A DNA stretch of 64,000 nucleotides from Desulfatiglandales bacterium (GTDB lineage Bacteria > Desulfobacterota > DSM-4660 > Desulfatiglandales > HGW-15). The stretch is from NCBI GenBank assembly GCA_963667015.2, contig CAXXJJ010000004.1, positions 544,001-608,000 of the forward strand, in the 5' to 3' direction. The position numbers were made by a program, and so were the translations under genes. Shown piece by piece: positions 1-10,059 of this stretch (positions are counted from its first letter, which is position 1; each line of letters begins with the position of its first letter). The notes below the pieces were generated by a model. It worked only from the letters and a program-made list of their open reading frames with translations. It searched no databases and was not told where the DNA came from.

Positions 1-887
1 CTATCTGGGATACAATCACAATCAGGGCGTATATTTAGATATATTTTTTTCTTTCCGTTCTCTTTTATTTCGAATAAATCTCCTGATGCTATTGAATTTG
101 AATCCATCTGATCCTTTCTAATGAAACGTTCTCCTTCCAGCACGCTGCGTATTTCTGTCTTGCTTGGAATTTTACTTCTTTTTTTTAAAGTATTATCATT
201 AAATGAAAATGGAGCCATCCTAGAATAAATATTTTTAGTTATTATTTCACCGAGTTCTTGGGCCATATTTACACCGTCTTCTCGGAAGTTTTTCCACAGG
301 ATATTCGGCCAAAAAGGACTCATAGAATAAAAATCCTTAAATAATTGAGTCTTTGCTACACGATATTGCATTTCCCATTTTTTCAATACATATATCGATG
401 GATTATCTTTTATCCATTTCTCTAAAGTTCGAAATAATTTTACACTTCCAAAAAGATCACGCTTTCTTTTTATAAATATAGTATTAGGTTTACCTTTTTT
501 GTATAATCCGTTTTCATGTAAAATATTTTCTACTCGATCTATATCTTCATTTGTAAATATAAAAATTGGTATAAAGAAAGAATCTTGCATTTTTTTTAAA
601 AAGCTTATATTTTCCTCTTCAGCAATTTCATTAAGTGCATTAGGAACTACTACACCTTCTGGTACATGTTCCGCTAAATTATCAGGTTGAAGTTTCCAAT
701 CAAGAAGAAGGAAAGAGATATTAGCGAAGTGTTTTGTTATATCCAATTCAGGTAATTCAGAGTATGTCACACAAGGCATATTTCTATTTTTTATTTGTTT
801 TATAAGATTGTTAATTTCTTTTTCTTCTTTTCCAATCTGATCATCTATGATTACGGCAAATCCATCAAAAATATTGTTAGCATCCAT
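1..887 (-). CDS. Receiver (REC)-like domain protein with extended C-terminus; 3' end runs off the window
   Basis: Not in the ORF track. Manual translation from ATG at 887 gives MDANNIFDGFAVIIDDQIG...FLLLDWKL...IPIFIFTN...IFIKRK...GDLFEI...YYLNIRPDCDC, open to position 1. It shows the acidic pair after beta1, a putative phospho-Asp (LLLDW), and T and K positions. The ATG abuts the upstream stop (TAAATG). Confidence 0.8.
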   Translation of the reverse strand, partial: MDANNIFDGFAVIIDDQIGKEEKEINNLIKQIKNRNMPCVTYSELPELDITKHFANISFLLLDWKLQPDNLAEHVPEGVVVPNALNEIAEEENISFLKKMQDSFFIPIFIFTNEDIDRVENILHENGLYKKGKPNTIFIKRKRDLFGSVKLFRTLEKWIKDNPSIYVLKKWEMQYRVAKTQLFKDFYSMSPFWPNILWKNFREDGVNMAQELGEIITKNIYSRMAPFSFNDNTLKKRSKIPSKTEIRSVLEGERFIRKDQMDSNSIASGDLFEIKENGKKKIYLNIRPDCDCIPD

Positions 888-3164
888 TTACTGTGCCTCC
901 GATACGAAACTCACAACAAAATTAGCTCCAGATAAAATTTTTTCAGACTTTAATTGCGAAAAATCGATAGCATAATCATTGCGTTCAAGAAGTTGTCTCG
1001 CAATGTACAAGCCTAAACCACGACCATCTTCTCCTTTCCCAGAATAAAATGGTTCAAAAATATAGGCTTCATCTTCCTTTTCTACTCCTGGACCATTATC
1101 AGAAAAAATCAATTTCCCATCATCACCATCAAGCAAAATTTCAATTTTTTTGTTAATTTTTGACGTTTGTTGTAGCCAATATACAGCATTATCAAATAGA
1201 TTGAGGAATAATTGTAGCAAAACAGCATCGGTGGTTTTTGCGACTAATGGTGAACCTTTTTTTTGTATATTTAATTTAATGCCTTCTTTTTTTAAGATTC
1301 TTTTGTATATTCTTTCAACTTTTTCTAATACATCTTTAACCTTAATATTTCTCCGCCTCTGTTTGGAGGATTTAAATAATAATTGTACATCTTTTAGTTG
1401 TGCTTCAATGAATGCTAGCATTCCACGCAAAGTCTGAAACTCTTTATTTAGTTCGTTTTGATCGATTTCATAATTATGCATTGTTTCCGCAATAAGAGAA
1501 TCTAATGTGCTCATGGCCTTTCCCATGATAGCCATAATATCATGAGAGGCTGTCTCAACAGAAAGGCCTACACCCGCTAAGTCCTCTGTTGTTTCTGCAC
1601 GTTGGATTAAATATTTTCGCTCAGTATTATAAGCAGTTTTAGCTTTTTGTATAAGATTAAGAGCGTTTTTGCTATGCTTAACTTCATCTTTTAAGTTTCC
1701 TAGAATATTATTTACAAATTCAATTTTATGAAGATCTTGCGCTTTTTTATTTTTAATATCAATTCTATACCTTTTATAAGGTTTATCCCTAAGATAACGA
1801 AGGATAGTACGTAGTAGAGCTATAAAATCTTCAGTAGCATTTCCCTCATCGATCAAACCTTCACGATTGGTTTTATCTTTTAGGTATGGATTCTCTTTCT
1901 GTGTAATATTCACATAACCCACGACTTGATCATTGCTTAAAAATTGTGCGGCACTTACAGTACCTCTATGTATATCAATACCAAGCCAATCATCATCAGG
2001 TTCTCCATAGGGATATACTCGTATCCCGTCTCTGTATAAATAAATTCTATGATCTTTTATAATTAGTTTGTCCTCTTTATTATCAAGACGGTATTTAATA
2101 GGCGCTTCTATACTAAAATCGAATAAATAAAAACCAAATCTGAATGACCCGCATTCTGTATACCTTTCATCTAGCTCTTCCCCTTTCGCTCCAAACCGTT
2201 CTTTGAAGACATTTAACCCAGATATTACGGGGTCACTTAGTTTTAAGACTTGTGGTTTACCATTAAGTTTAAAACGAAATTCCTCTTTATTTTCATCATA
2301 TATTCCGTTCTCAACTTGTATTACCGATCGATTCTCTAAAAGTACTTTGAGCTTTTCTATATATTGTTCATGATATTTCTGAAGATCTTTGTCTTTATAT
2401 AACCAAACAGTAAATGATTTTTTTTTATTTTCTTGTCTTTCTATTTTTCCCTTCTTAGAAAATATATTTTCAAGTTTAGATATATCTTTATATACTTGTT
2501 TAACTTTATTATTTGTCCAACTACCTTTTAAGTCAGATATTTCTATCTTTGTCCCATAGGGCTTTCTTTCGTATTTATTAATTCCTAGTTTTATAGTCCC
2601 CTTCTTTATATTTCTTGGTGCGCGAGTGTTCATTGTAACGGTTAAGTCATCCAGGAATATATCTTTCTCTATTATATTTTTCTTTTTATTATTATCTTTC
2701 TGTTCTGTAAGAAAGTCATCGTCATACATTGAGAAGTCGTAGTCCAGTACATATTCAATATTTTCATCAGCAGGCCTTGTAATAATATTTATTTTCCTGC
2801 CAAGTTTTAAAATTGCAAAACGTCCAATTCCTTTTTCTCCCTGTATTACTCTACCTTTTAAGGTAGTATCTTTCTTTTTCTTCTTTCTTTTTTTATCTGG
2901 TGTTGCAGGGTTGAGCCAATGATTAATTATTGTATCTTCATCCATGCCGTATCCATCATCTTCTATTATGATACGAGAATTACTTTTAATCTTATAGTTT
3001 TCTCCAAAGCCTTCAAATGATACTTTTACCCATGAGGCATCAGCATCATATGCATTTTTTAAGATTTCAATTAATGCAATCCGCTCATTCTTTATCAATT
3101 GCTCACCTAGCATAGTAAGCAGTCTAGCATAAGGTCGTATTTTTAAAATTTGTGGCTCTGCCAT
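888..3164 (-). CDS. N-terminal MORC/MutL-like GHKL ATPase fused to a C-terminal histidine kinase
   Basis: N-terminal GHKL boxes EILKNAYDADA, IEDDGYGM, GEKGIGRF, GTKIEI. C-terminal H-box ETASHDI, N-box NLFDNAVYW, G1 DNGPGV, F-box IFEPFYS, G2 GRGLGL. Confidence 0.9.
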   Translation of the reverse strand: MAEPQILKIRPYARLLTMLGEQLIKNERIALIEILKNAYDADASWVKVSFEGFGENYKIKSNSRIIIEDDGYGMDEDTIINHWLNPATPDKKRKKKKKDTTLKGRVIQGEKGIGRFAILKLGRKINIITRPADENIEYVLDYDFSMYDDDFLTEQKDNNKKKNIIEKDIFLDDLTVTMNTRAPRNIKKGTIKLGINKYERKPYGTKIEISDLKGSWTNNKVKQVYKDISKLENIFSKKGKIERQENKKKSFTVWLYKDKDLQKYHEQYIEKLKVLLENRSVIQVENGIYDENKEEFRFKLNGKPQVLKLSDPVISGLNVFKERFGAKGEELDERYTECGSFRFGFYLFDFSIEAPIKYRLDNKEDKLIIKDHRIYLYRDGIRVYPYGEPDDDWLGIDIHRGTVSAAQFLSNDQVVGYVNITQKENPYLKDKTNREGLIDEGNATEDFIALLRTILRYLRDKPYKRYRIDIKNKKAQDLHKIEFVNNILGNLKDEVKHSKNALNLIQKAKTAYNTERKYLIQRAETTEDLAGVGLSVETASHDIMAIMGKAMSTLDSLIAETMHNYEIDQNELNKEFQTLRGMLAFIEAQLKDVQLLFKSSKQRRRNIKVKDVLEKVERIYKRILKKEGIKLNIQKKGSPLVAKTTDAVLLQLFLNLFDNAVYWLQQTSKINKKIEILLDGDDGKLIFSDNGPGVEKEDEAYIFEPFYSGKGEDGRGLGLYIARQLLERNDYAIDFSQLKSEKILSGANFVVSFVSEAQ

Positions 3165-4426
3165 TATTTTATTCCTATCAGAATAAATTCTTCACTATAT
3201 ACTTTTCTACCACCATCATCTCTAGTAAACCTACCTACTTTATCTCTATATGGCGTTAATATTTTTTTACTAATTTTTCGTTTTGTGACGAGTATTTCTT
3301 TAAATCCACTTTTTTTAAGAGATTCAGCAAGATGTTTTGTATTATTGATTCTGACGTTTTTATATTCTGTATTTCCAATAACAAATAATGCCATACCATT
3401 TTCTGATAACATCGAATGACATATTTTTGCCGTCGCTTGCATATCAAGAAAATATTTGGCAACCGATCTGGCTTTTGATTTTTGTTTTTCAAATAATCTG
3501 AAGACAATTTTTGTACCTGTATTATTAAGTCGTTTTAACTCTCGATCAAAATTATACACATGATGCAGACTACCTATCGAACCATCGCGTAAATCTCTAT
3601 AGTCTTGGGAGTAATCTAACCATAATGACGAAAGTTGATGTAAGTCAGCATACTCATATGATGTAACATATGGAGGGCTAGTAATAATCATTTCAACATT
3701 TGGTAGCTTAGTATTAGTTTTTAAAATATTTGTAGTAACAATCTTTGTATTTGAATTATGTGAGACATCACTCTCATTGTTTGCCGTAATCATAAAAGAG
3801 CATTGATCATCAAATGAAGATATAACATCGGCTGGTTTTTTAATCGGATCTATTTGAGGTTTTATGGATTTTGTGAGCCACCTAGAAGTGGCTTTCAGAA
3901 TATTGGAAAATGCACATAGAAAAAATAGACGATAGTGGCTATGTTTAGGGATACTATTTACAATGGCTTTTTTTAAATAAAATAAATCATTGTAATGATC
4001 AGCATCATACCAGTACTTTAATCTTTCATTAGCTTCATCATAGTAGTTTTTCTTTTTAATTCTGGAGTATGCTTTTTTTATTAAATCAGAATACTCATAA
4101 AGTTTTTTCTCTTTATAATTCTGACTTTTTGCTTTTGCTATCATTGTCGCAATAGGATTAATATCACAGCCCCAAAAATCGATATTTTTTCTTTTTGACT
4201 CGAAGGCGACCGTGCCACATCCGCAAAAGATATCCGCTATTCTCGAAGGACTCCCTACATTATTAGATGTAAATTCAAGAGCCTTTGTCGTAATAAATGC
4301 TGGAAATTTTGCAGGATATGAATGTATTCGATGCATTTTTAATTCTTTTTCACTTCCTGTATTCCAGAATGGGTCTATAGGAATTGAATCAAAATCTAAT
4401 TTATTTACATTATTGACTGTAATCAT
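3164..4426 (-). CDS. Amino-DNA methyltransferase, probably N4-cytosine (SPPY), alpha motif order
   Basis: HSYPAKFP, motif I DIFCGCGT, GCDINP, catalytic IITSPPY. Its stop overlaps the next ATG (TAATG). Confidence 0.88.
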   Translation of the reverse strand: MITVNNVNKLDFDSIPIDPFWNTGSEKELKMHRIHSYPAKFPAFITTKALEFTSNNVGSPSRIADIFCGCGTVAFESKRKNIDFWGCDINPIATMIAKAKSQNYKEKKLYEYSDLIKKAYSRIKKKNYYDEANERLKYWYDADHYNDLFYLKKAIVNSIPKHSHYRLFFLCAFSNILKATSRWLTKSIKPQIDPIKKPADVISSFDDQCSFMITANNESDVSHNSNTKIVTTNILKTNTKLPNVEMIITSPPYVTSYEYADLHQLSSLWLDYSQDYRDLRDGSIGSLHHVYNFDRELKRLNNTGTKIVFRLFEKQKSKARSVAKYFLDMQATAKICHSMLSENGMALFVIGNTEYKNVRINNTKHLAESLKKSGFKEILVTKRKISKKILTPYRDKVGRFTRDDGGRKVYSEEFILIGIK

Positions 4427-4835
4427 GTGTTTATGGCCTTGGCAGGAAAAACCTTTAATAAACTTTAGTTAATATTGAGAAGAATATATTATTCGTTTTC
4501 AATATATTAAATATCCATAATGCTAATTATATTATATAATAGTTAAATTAGGCCTAACCATATAACATATGGCAGTTCTAATGCAAGATTAAAACATTAT
4601 GCATAAGAATACTAAACTCAATTAAATAACAAAAGTTTCACAGTTGATAAATTGGGTTCATCCGGTTAATGAGTACATAATGTAAACAGGGACACCCTTA
4701 ACTTATTAACTTAAAGTATTTCCTTTGATTTATTAACTATATTCTCATGCTTGGAAATCACAAATTTTGTTTCATATGTCGATGTCTGATCTCTTTAATG
4801 CTTTTTTATCTTGCGTTACAGTTTGATATTTATCT

Positions 4836-5384
4836 CTAAAGCTCTTTATTAATATATGTTTCAGTTGCAGTAACAAGATCGGTAATGAAGCGAATATGTT
4901 TACGTAAATCATCTCGTGTAACGATATGTGGTTCTGAATGCCCATCAACCGGGCGTAGGGACCGATGGGCTATATTTCCACGCTTTTTAACAATTAAGTC
5001 GAGTTCTTTACTAGCTCTAGTCGCATCGTAATTGTTCCATACCCATCCTTCAGATATATTTATGCCTAAATACTTTTGAAAGATTTTCTTTACCCTATCA
5101 GTACTCGGAGTATGAAAATATTTTAAGTCATTATCTAGCGAAGATTTATAAAATCTAACAAGGAATCCTTCTTCTGAACCACAACCAGACACTTGGTCCG
5201 CAGCTTCAACTATTCTGTCTTCCACGTATATCTCTAAAGCGGCTAGAGCCATTACGAGCCCTGCTCTTTTTAGAACTTCAGCCTCTGGGGGTGGGGGTTG
5301 TTTATTTAAAGTATCAAAATGGTTCATAAGATCTAACGAGTCTTGAATCGCATGTTCAAATGTTTGAAAAGCTTTTGAGTCCAT
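4836..5384 (-). CDS. HEPN-domain protein (RiboL-PSP-HEPN-like), putative RNase/toxin
   Basis: N-terminal helix LKRAGLVMALAALEIYVED and an R-x4-H motif (KRGNIAH). Confidence 0.75.
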   Translation of the reverse strand: MDSKAFQTFEHAIQDSLDLMNHFDTLNKQPPPPEAEVLKRAGLVMALAALEIYVEDRIVEAADQVSGCGSEEGFLVRFYKSSLDNDLKYFHTPSTDRVKKIFQKYLGINISEGWVWNNYDATRASKELDLIVKKRGNIAHRSLRPVDGHSEPHIVTRDDLRKHIRFITDLVTATETYINKEL

Positions 5385-5424
5385 ATTTAATATTCCAATA
5401 AATCAGGGTTGATCATAGGTTAAC

Positions 5425-5599
5425 TGCAAAGGGGGAAGTACTTAAATAATCAAATATCATTTTCCCCTCTTGTTAAAATATGATAATGGTTTTTATTTTA
5501 AACCTGGTAGTAATTTATTTTGAAAAACTTGTAAGGCAGTACGTCTTTATGCCTGAAATGAAACAGTTATTCTTAAAACTTATTTAAGAATAATTCAAG
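5425..5599. repeat. Element A, copy 1 (diverged, ~175 bp)
   Basis: aaagggggaagtacttaaataatcaaat...ttcccctcttgttaaaat...cttgtaaggcagta...ttattcttaaaacttatttaagaataattcaag; matches the copies at 6742, 6901 and 11161. Confidence 0.9.
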
Positions 5600-5603
5600 A
5601 TTC

Positions 5604-5657
5604 AAGCCCGGTGAAATCCGCTTTGTTGTCGTAATTATGAATTTCACTGGCTAAAGA
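5604..5657. repeat. Palindromic element B (ccggtgaaat...atttcactgg)
   Basis: Near-identical copy at 20057-20110; related copies at 13894, 13986 and 15516. Confidence 0.85.
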
Positions 5658-5749
5658 TTCATGGAAGAAGATAGGGGTGTTCATACTGAGCGTGCACAGT
5701 TATTTCAATTCACGTTCTGCACAAACGCCCCCTTTTTCAATTCATAAAG

Positions 5750-6741
5750 CTATTTATATTTTTGTTTCTTAAAAAAGTGCCAAGGAAACCAATAAGGAGA
5801 CTGCTTTAATCCTTCTTTATAATTAGCCTTCTCTTTCAAATATTTGACTCCCGTCCACGCTGCTGAAGAAGAGACAATATACTTTATTATTTCTGCACTA
5901 TTTGGAATACAAATTGATACAAGGGTTGCACAAAGACCTACAATTACTTCAACGCCTCTCCAATTAAGTTTTTTATGTAATTTTTTACACTCAATATCAA
6001 GTTTTAAAAATTCAATATCAATTTCTTTAAGAATTAAATCAATTTCATTTTCGGATTTTGCTGATTGTAATTTGACCGCCAAGGACTCTATTGTCTTTAT
6101 GTAATAAGAATAATTAAGTTTGTATTCATCAATTTCAGAGATATTGATATAATTAGAATTGGGAATATAAAAATAAGGACGTGCTACTTGAAAAGTAATG
6201 GTTCCATTAACACGATCCGGATTGATCATATCTACAATTTGAGGAGAGTTAGAAAAAATATCCCAGTCATCTTGTATAAATTTCGTATTAAATACAGTGA
6301 TATCAGTGTAATCACTACCAGCTAAATTAGTATCTATGTATTCATGGGATGGTAATATTACACATTTATTTTTTAACAATAAATATTTTAATTTTGTTGT
6401 TACCTCCAGTAAAATCTCAGGTATTTCAATGTTTGTAATTATTCCATATCCACCTATTGCATTCAATTCAGTAGCATTAATAAATGGTGTTATTATTATA
6501 GGGATTCTACCGGCTACAATTGTCGAAACCACATTAAAAATGATTTCATTTGAAGACTGTGCTCCTTTTGTTTTATTAATTTCATATGGAACAAAGCTAT
6601 CAATATTTGTTTTTGAAGATAACCAGCCTTTGATTAGAATTGAATGCGTCCGATAAATCTGAGAAATTTTAGCGGCATCAAGATTAGCTTTTTTATCTTT
6701 ATTGCTACTTGTATAAGAGAGCTTTTTAAAATCATTACCCC
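5750..6741 (-). pseudogene. Hypothetical protein, probably 5'-truncated by element A
   Basis: The track ORF starts at GTG 6532, but the frame stays open for ~70 more codons up to and into element A (6742) with no ATG; it closes inside the repeat. Confidence 0.6.
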
Positions 6742-7059
6742 ATTTGTAAAGGGGGACGTCCTTAAATAATCAAATAACATTTTCCCCTCTTGTTAAAATC
6801 GGAACACCTAATAATTTTTATTTTGGAAGACTTGTAAGGCAGTAAATCATTATACCTGAAATGATACAGTTATTCTTAAAACTTATTTAAGAATAATTCA
6901 ATTTGTAAAGGGGGACGTCCTTAAATAATCAAATAACATTTTCCCCTCTTGTTAAAATCGGAACACCTAATAATTTTTATTTTGGAAGACTTGTAAGGCA
7001 GTAAATCATTATACCTGAAATGATACAGTTATTCTTAAAACTTATTTAAGAATAATTCA
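6742..7059. repeat. Element A, two identical 159 bp tandem copies (6742-6900, 6901-7059)
   Basis: Base-by-base identical on inspection; each ends in the hairpin ttattcttaa-aacttat-ttaagaataa. Confidence 0.95.
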
Positions 7060-7069
7060 AGGTTCATTA

Positions 7070-7320
7070 CTAGGCTGATAGACTGAAGGCTGAAGACTGT
7101 TAGAAAATGCGAAGAGATAAGATTTCTCAGTTACTCTTCGAAATGACAGGGGAAAAACAGACTGAAGCTTTTTAGGCGGAAGGCTGTTAGGGGTGTTGAT
7201 TAAAAATTCAATATTCAAGATTATTTAAAATAGGCTGAAGCAGTTTAGGCCGAAGGCTGTTAGGGAAAGAAAATACAGAGATCAGATATCGGAAATCGGA
7301 GGGCAGAAAACAGAAAATAG
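7070..7320 (+). repeat. Heptamer-type tracts (gctgaag/gactgaag...gctgttaggg; cagagat/cagaaaa) plus a REP-like half site
   Basis: gctgatagactgaaggctgaagactgttag, gctgaagcagtttaggccgaaggctgttaggg, cagagatcagatatcggaaatcggagggcagaaaacag, gatttctc...cgaaatgaca. Confidence 0.75.
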
Positions 7321-7362
7321 CGGTGTCGTGTCTTGAATCTTGAAAACACTATGAATGTATTT

Positions 7363-9032
7363 CCTGAATTTTGCACGAAAACGCATTTTCTATAGTTTAT
7401 TATTCAATTTTTATAAAGCTTATTTCTCCGTGCAAGAAATTTTGTGCACGAAGTACAACCAACTCAAATTACAGCTAAATTATTGCCGCACCAAGGTTTA
7501 GGCACTGCTCTCTTCATATCCAAATATTCCATGAACGACAGTAAGGCAGGTGTTCGGCTATCATGGATAGAGTACCTGACTTTATTCCGGTTTGATGCCA
7601 TGACAACCTTTGCGGCAATCATCAGCAAACGCAACCTTGCTATACGAACAGTATTTGTTTTTATCCCTTTAAGTGAAGCAGCCTGCGGTGCTGCCTCATC
7701 AGGTTGTTTGTCTTTGCAACTATTCTCAGCCATTATTTTCAAGTAGCGCCAGATATTATAGGCCAGCATTACAACTTGAAAATAAGCATAGTTATTTTTG
7801 AAACGTGATGAAGGAATGGCGTCAAGCCCTTCACGTTTTGATTCACCCACCAGGTTTTCAACATCTGCACGTTTATCATACAGGGCAATGACCTTATGAG
7901 CTTTTTGCCTGAGATCAGTGCTGAATATACGATAAGTATATTTATCTTCTTCAAACAGTTCGTACTGAGTATTTTGATCTTTGATATTTTCTTTGGGCAT
8001 TCTCATTGCAACAAACCTGACAGGTTCCTCCCACCCCTGAGGCTGGTATACGCAACTGTTGTACTCACACGCCTGTTTTTTGTTAGGCTGATACCAAAGT
8101 CGGGGATCAAATGGAGGATTGCATCCTTTGTTAGCAAAAATAAAATTATAGCCTTCTTCTATGCATTCATGAACACTTTCTGCACTTTGGAATTCCCCAT
8201 CCCCACGTACCAAAACCTGTTCAACGCAGCCAGGCAGCTGGCTTTTTATTTGGGAAATAAATTCCGCAGTTTCGATGCCTCCCATGGTTTCACCTCTACG
8301 AAGTTTGCCGATCAGATATTCCCTGCTTTCCTCAATAAAACACAGGACTGGTCGATAGCCTTTCTTTCCGCGGTTTTTAGTGTTGTGGCCTTTCCGAGCC
8401 CCCTGTTGATCTCCAAAAACTGTCTCGACTGTTGTGTCTATATCTAAGCAAACTTTGCGATAAGAAATATTGTTAAGGCTCCAGACACGCTCTCTAAGGA
8501 CTGCCATTACATTCAGTAAGGATTTCCCCTGATTGAGACCCATACTATTAACGTATCGCCAAAAAGTACTGGCAACAGGCAAGCTGGTAACCCTAAAAAA
8601 TCCGCAAAGCATCGAATCAAAACGTAAATATGAAAAATGCCATACCCTGTTGAAGCCTATAAATAGTAGCGTCAGCAGACCGACTACCATAGAATAGTGT
8701 CCCAGCTTGGGTTTCCGGCTAGGGGCTTTATATACAGATTCAAATATTTCCCGAAAATCAATCAGGTCTATAAATTTTATAATGGCCAAAAGCCCGCCAA
8801 ATGGGCTTAGCTGTTCACTGCATGTGTCATATGCTGTAGATGCATTGATATTTCTGGCATTTGAGTGATCTGTCTGGGTTCCTTTATTGTTGTACTTCTT
8901 AGTGAATTTTGATTTATTAGCTTTTACCATCTGGGTATCTCCTGTATTTATGGTTGTCTTTGTCAACTCCCATAATAACAGCGGTTCCCAGATGGTTTCT
9001 ATGTTTTTTTATTTTTTAATGCAAAATTCAGG
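7363..9032 (-). mobile_element. IS1380-family insertion sequence
   Basis: 13 bp perfect TIR cctgaattttgca (7363-7375) / tgcaaaattcagg (9020-9032); 5 bp TSD TATTT at 7358-7362 and 9033-9037; encodes a transposase. Confidence 0.92.
7464..8930 (-). CDS. IS1380-family DDE transposase
   Basis: LDIDTTV, KKGYRPV, VRGDGEF, YDKRADVENLVGESK, NYAYFQVVMLAYN. Likely start MVKANK at 8930 after a GGAG RBS; the track extends it to 8966. Confidence 0.9.
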   Translation of the reverse strand: MVKANKSKFTKKYNNKGTQTDHSNARNINASTAYDTCSEQLSPFGGLLAIIKFIDLIDFREIFESVYKAPSRKPKLGHYSMVVGLLTLLFIGFNRVWHFSYLRFDSMLCGFFRVTSLPVASTFWRYVNSMGLNQGKSLLNVMAVLRERVWSLNNISYRKVCLDIDTTVETVFGDQQGARKGHNTKNRGKKGYRPVLCFIEESREYLIGKLRRGETMGGIETAEFISQIKSQLPGCVEQVLVRGDGEFQSAESVHECIEEGYNFIFANKGCNPPFDPRLWYQPNKKQACEYNSCVYQPQGWEEPVRFVAMRMPKENIKDQNTQYELFEEDKYTYRIFSTDLRQKAHKVIALYDKRADVENLVGESKREGLDAIPSSRFKNNYAYFQVVMLAYNIWRYLKIMAENSCKDKQPDEAAPQAASLKGIKTNTVRIARLRLLMIAAKVVMASNRNKVRYSIHDSRTPALLSFMEYLDMKRAVPKPWCGNNLAVI

Positions 9033-9071
9033 TATTTATTTCAAGATTCAAGACACGACACCAATGTGTAT

Positions 9072-10058
9072 TTAGTTTTGGTCGCTAGACGTCTTCTCCT
9101 TCCAACTACCATGAAAATTAAGCCATGCTTTTTGGGAATTAACTATCCCTTCACATACCTTCATCTGTGACTCAGAGAGAATACCTTTAGCAAGTGAAGC
9201 ATAATTTTCAATTAATTTTATATTCCATTCAAGGTTATCCTTCCTCATCCGCTCAAAGCTCTCCTTATCCGGCCCGTCATCATTTATTTTATATGACTGG
9301 GCCTCTTTCTCCTGTTCCTCCTGGGCATCCTGCCTGTAGCTATACATTTGGGCAATCAGGTCTTTTTCTTCCTCTTTTTCAAGCCTGTCATTACCCAGCA
9401 TTTCTTTTAATTCATTTAGAAATTCCCTTTCTTTGCCTGTTTTTTCATATTCCTTTAACTGAGCAAGATCCTCTTCGGACAGCAGTTTTGCTATTTCTTC
9501 ATCATATTCGGATTTTATTTTCTCACCCTGCTGGATCTGTTCTGCCATATTTTCATTTATATTTCCGGGTTGGAAATCAATTAAGCCCGGAACGCTGCCT
9601 CTTAATTCAGTATCTCTTTCATTATACAGGCCAAGCAGTTTTTCGTTTAGATCAGGTGGCAAACTGTTTTCTCCTACAAAATCCTTTATAAATTCCATGG
9701 AATAATCGGCCTGAGAAAGAGTGCCTGTTTTACGCCATACCGAGGCTGAGGAATCAACCCTTTTCTTATATTCATCCAGGGTCTCTATAAGATAATCCTG
9801 CCATGCCTGCATATCGGCAATCTGGGTCTCAAGCTCAGTTATTTTCTTTTTATATCTTGCTTCATCATCCGGTAACAGGTTTTTTCCCGATAATTTCCCG
9901 TCTGTTTTATTTTCTGTCCGGATTTTTACATCAAACCTCTCTTTCAATTTAATGAGCTCTCTTCCCCGCAGATAAAGGGTTGTAGATATTATAAGTACAA
10001 GGATAAAAAGAATGGCCTGAATAACATGTATCACTTTATTTGATGTGGTTTGTTTCAT
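9072..10058 (-). CDS. Single-pass membrane-anchored coiled-coil protein, paralog 1
   Basis: N-terminal TM helix; KKITELETQIADMQAWQDYL; C-terminal AKGILSESQM. Likely start MKQTTSNK. Confidence 0.75.
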   Translation of the reverse strand: MKQTTSNKVIHVIQAILFILVLIISTTLYLRGRELIKLKERFDVKIRTENKTDGKLSGKNLLPDDEARYKKKITELETQIADMQAWQDYLIETLDEYKKRVDSSASVWRKTGTLSQADYSMEFIKDFVGENSLPPDLNEKLLGLYNERDTELRGSVPGLIDFQPGNINENMAEQIQQGEKIKSEYDEEIAKLLSEEDLAQLKEYEKTGKEREFLNELKEMLGNDRLEKEEEKDLIAQMYSYRQDAQEEQEKEAQSYKINDDGPDKESFERMRKDNLEWNIKLIENYASLAKGILSESQMKVCEGIVNSQKAWLNFHGSWKEKTSSDQN

Positions 10059-10059
10059 T

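Noticed and set aside
6742..7320. CRISPR array
   Set aside because: Repeats are 159 bp or 7-nt periodic, with no constant 25-45 bp repeat and unique-spacer pattern, and there are no cas genes.
7322..9062. 24 bp outer inverted repeat as the IS TIR
   Set aside because: No TSD flanks it; the inner CCTG-ended IR has a perfect TATTT duplication and fits IS1380 ends.
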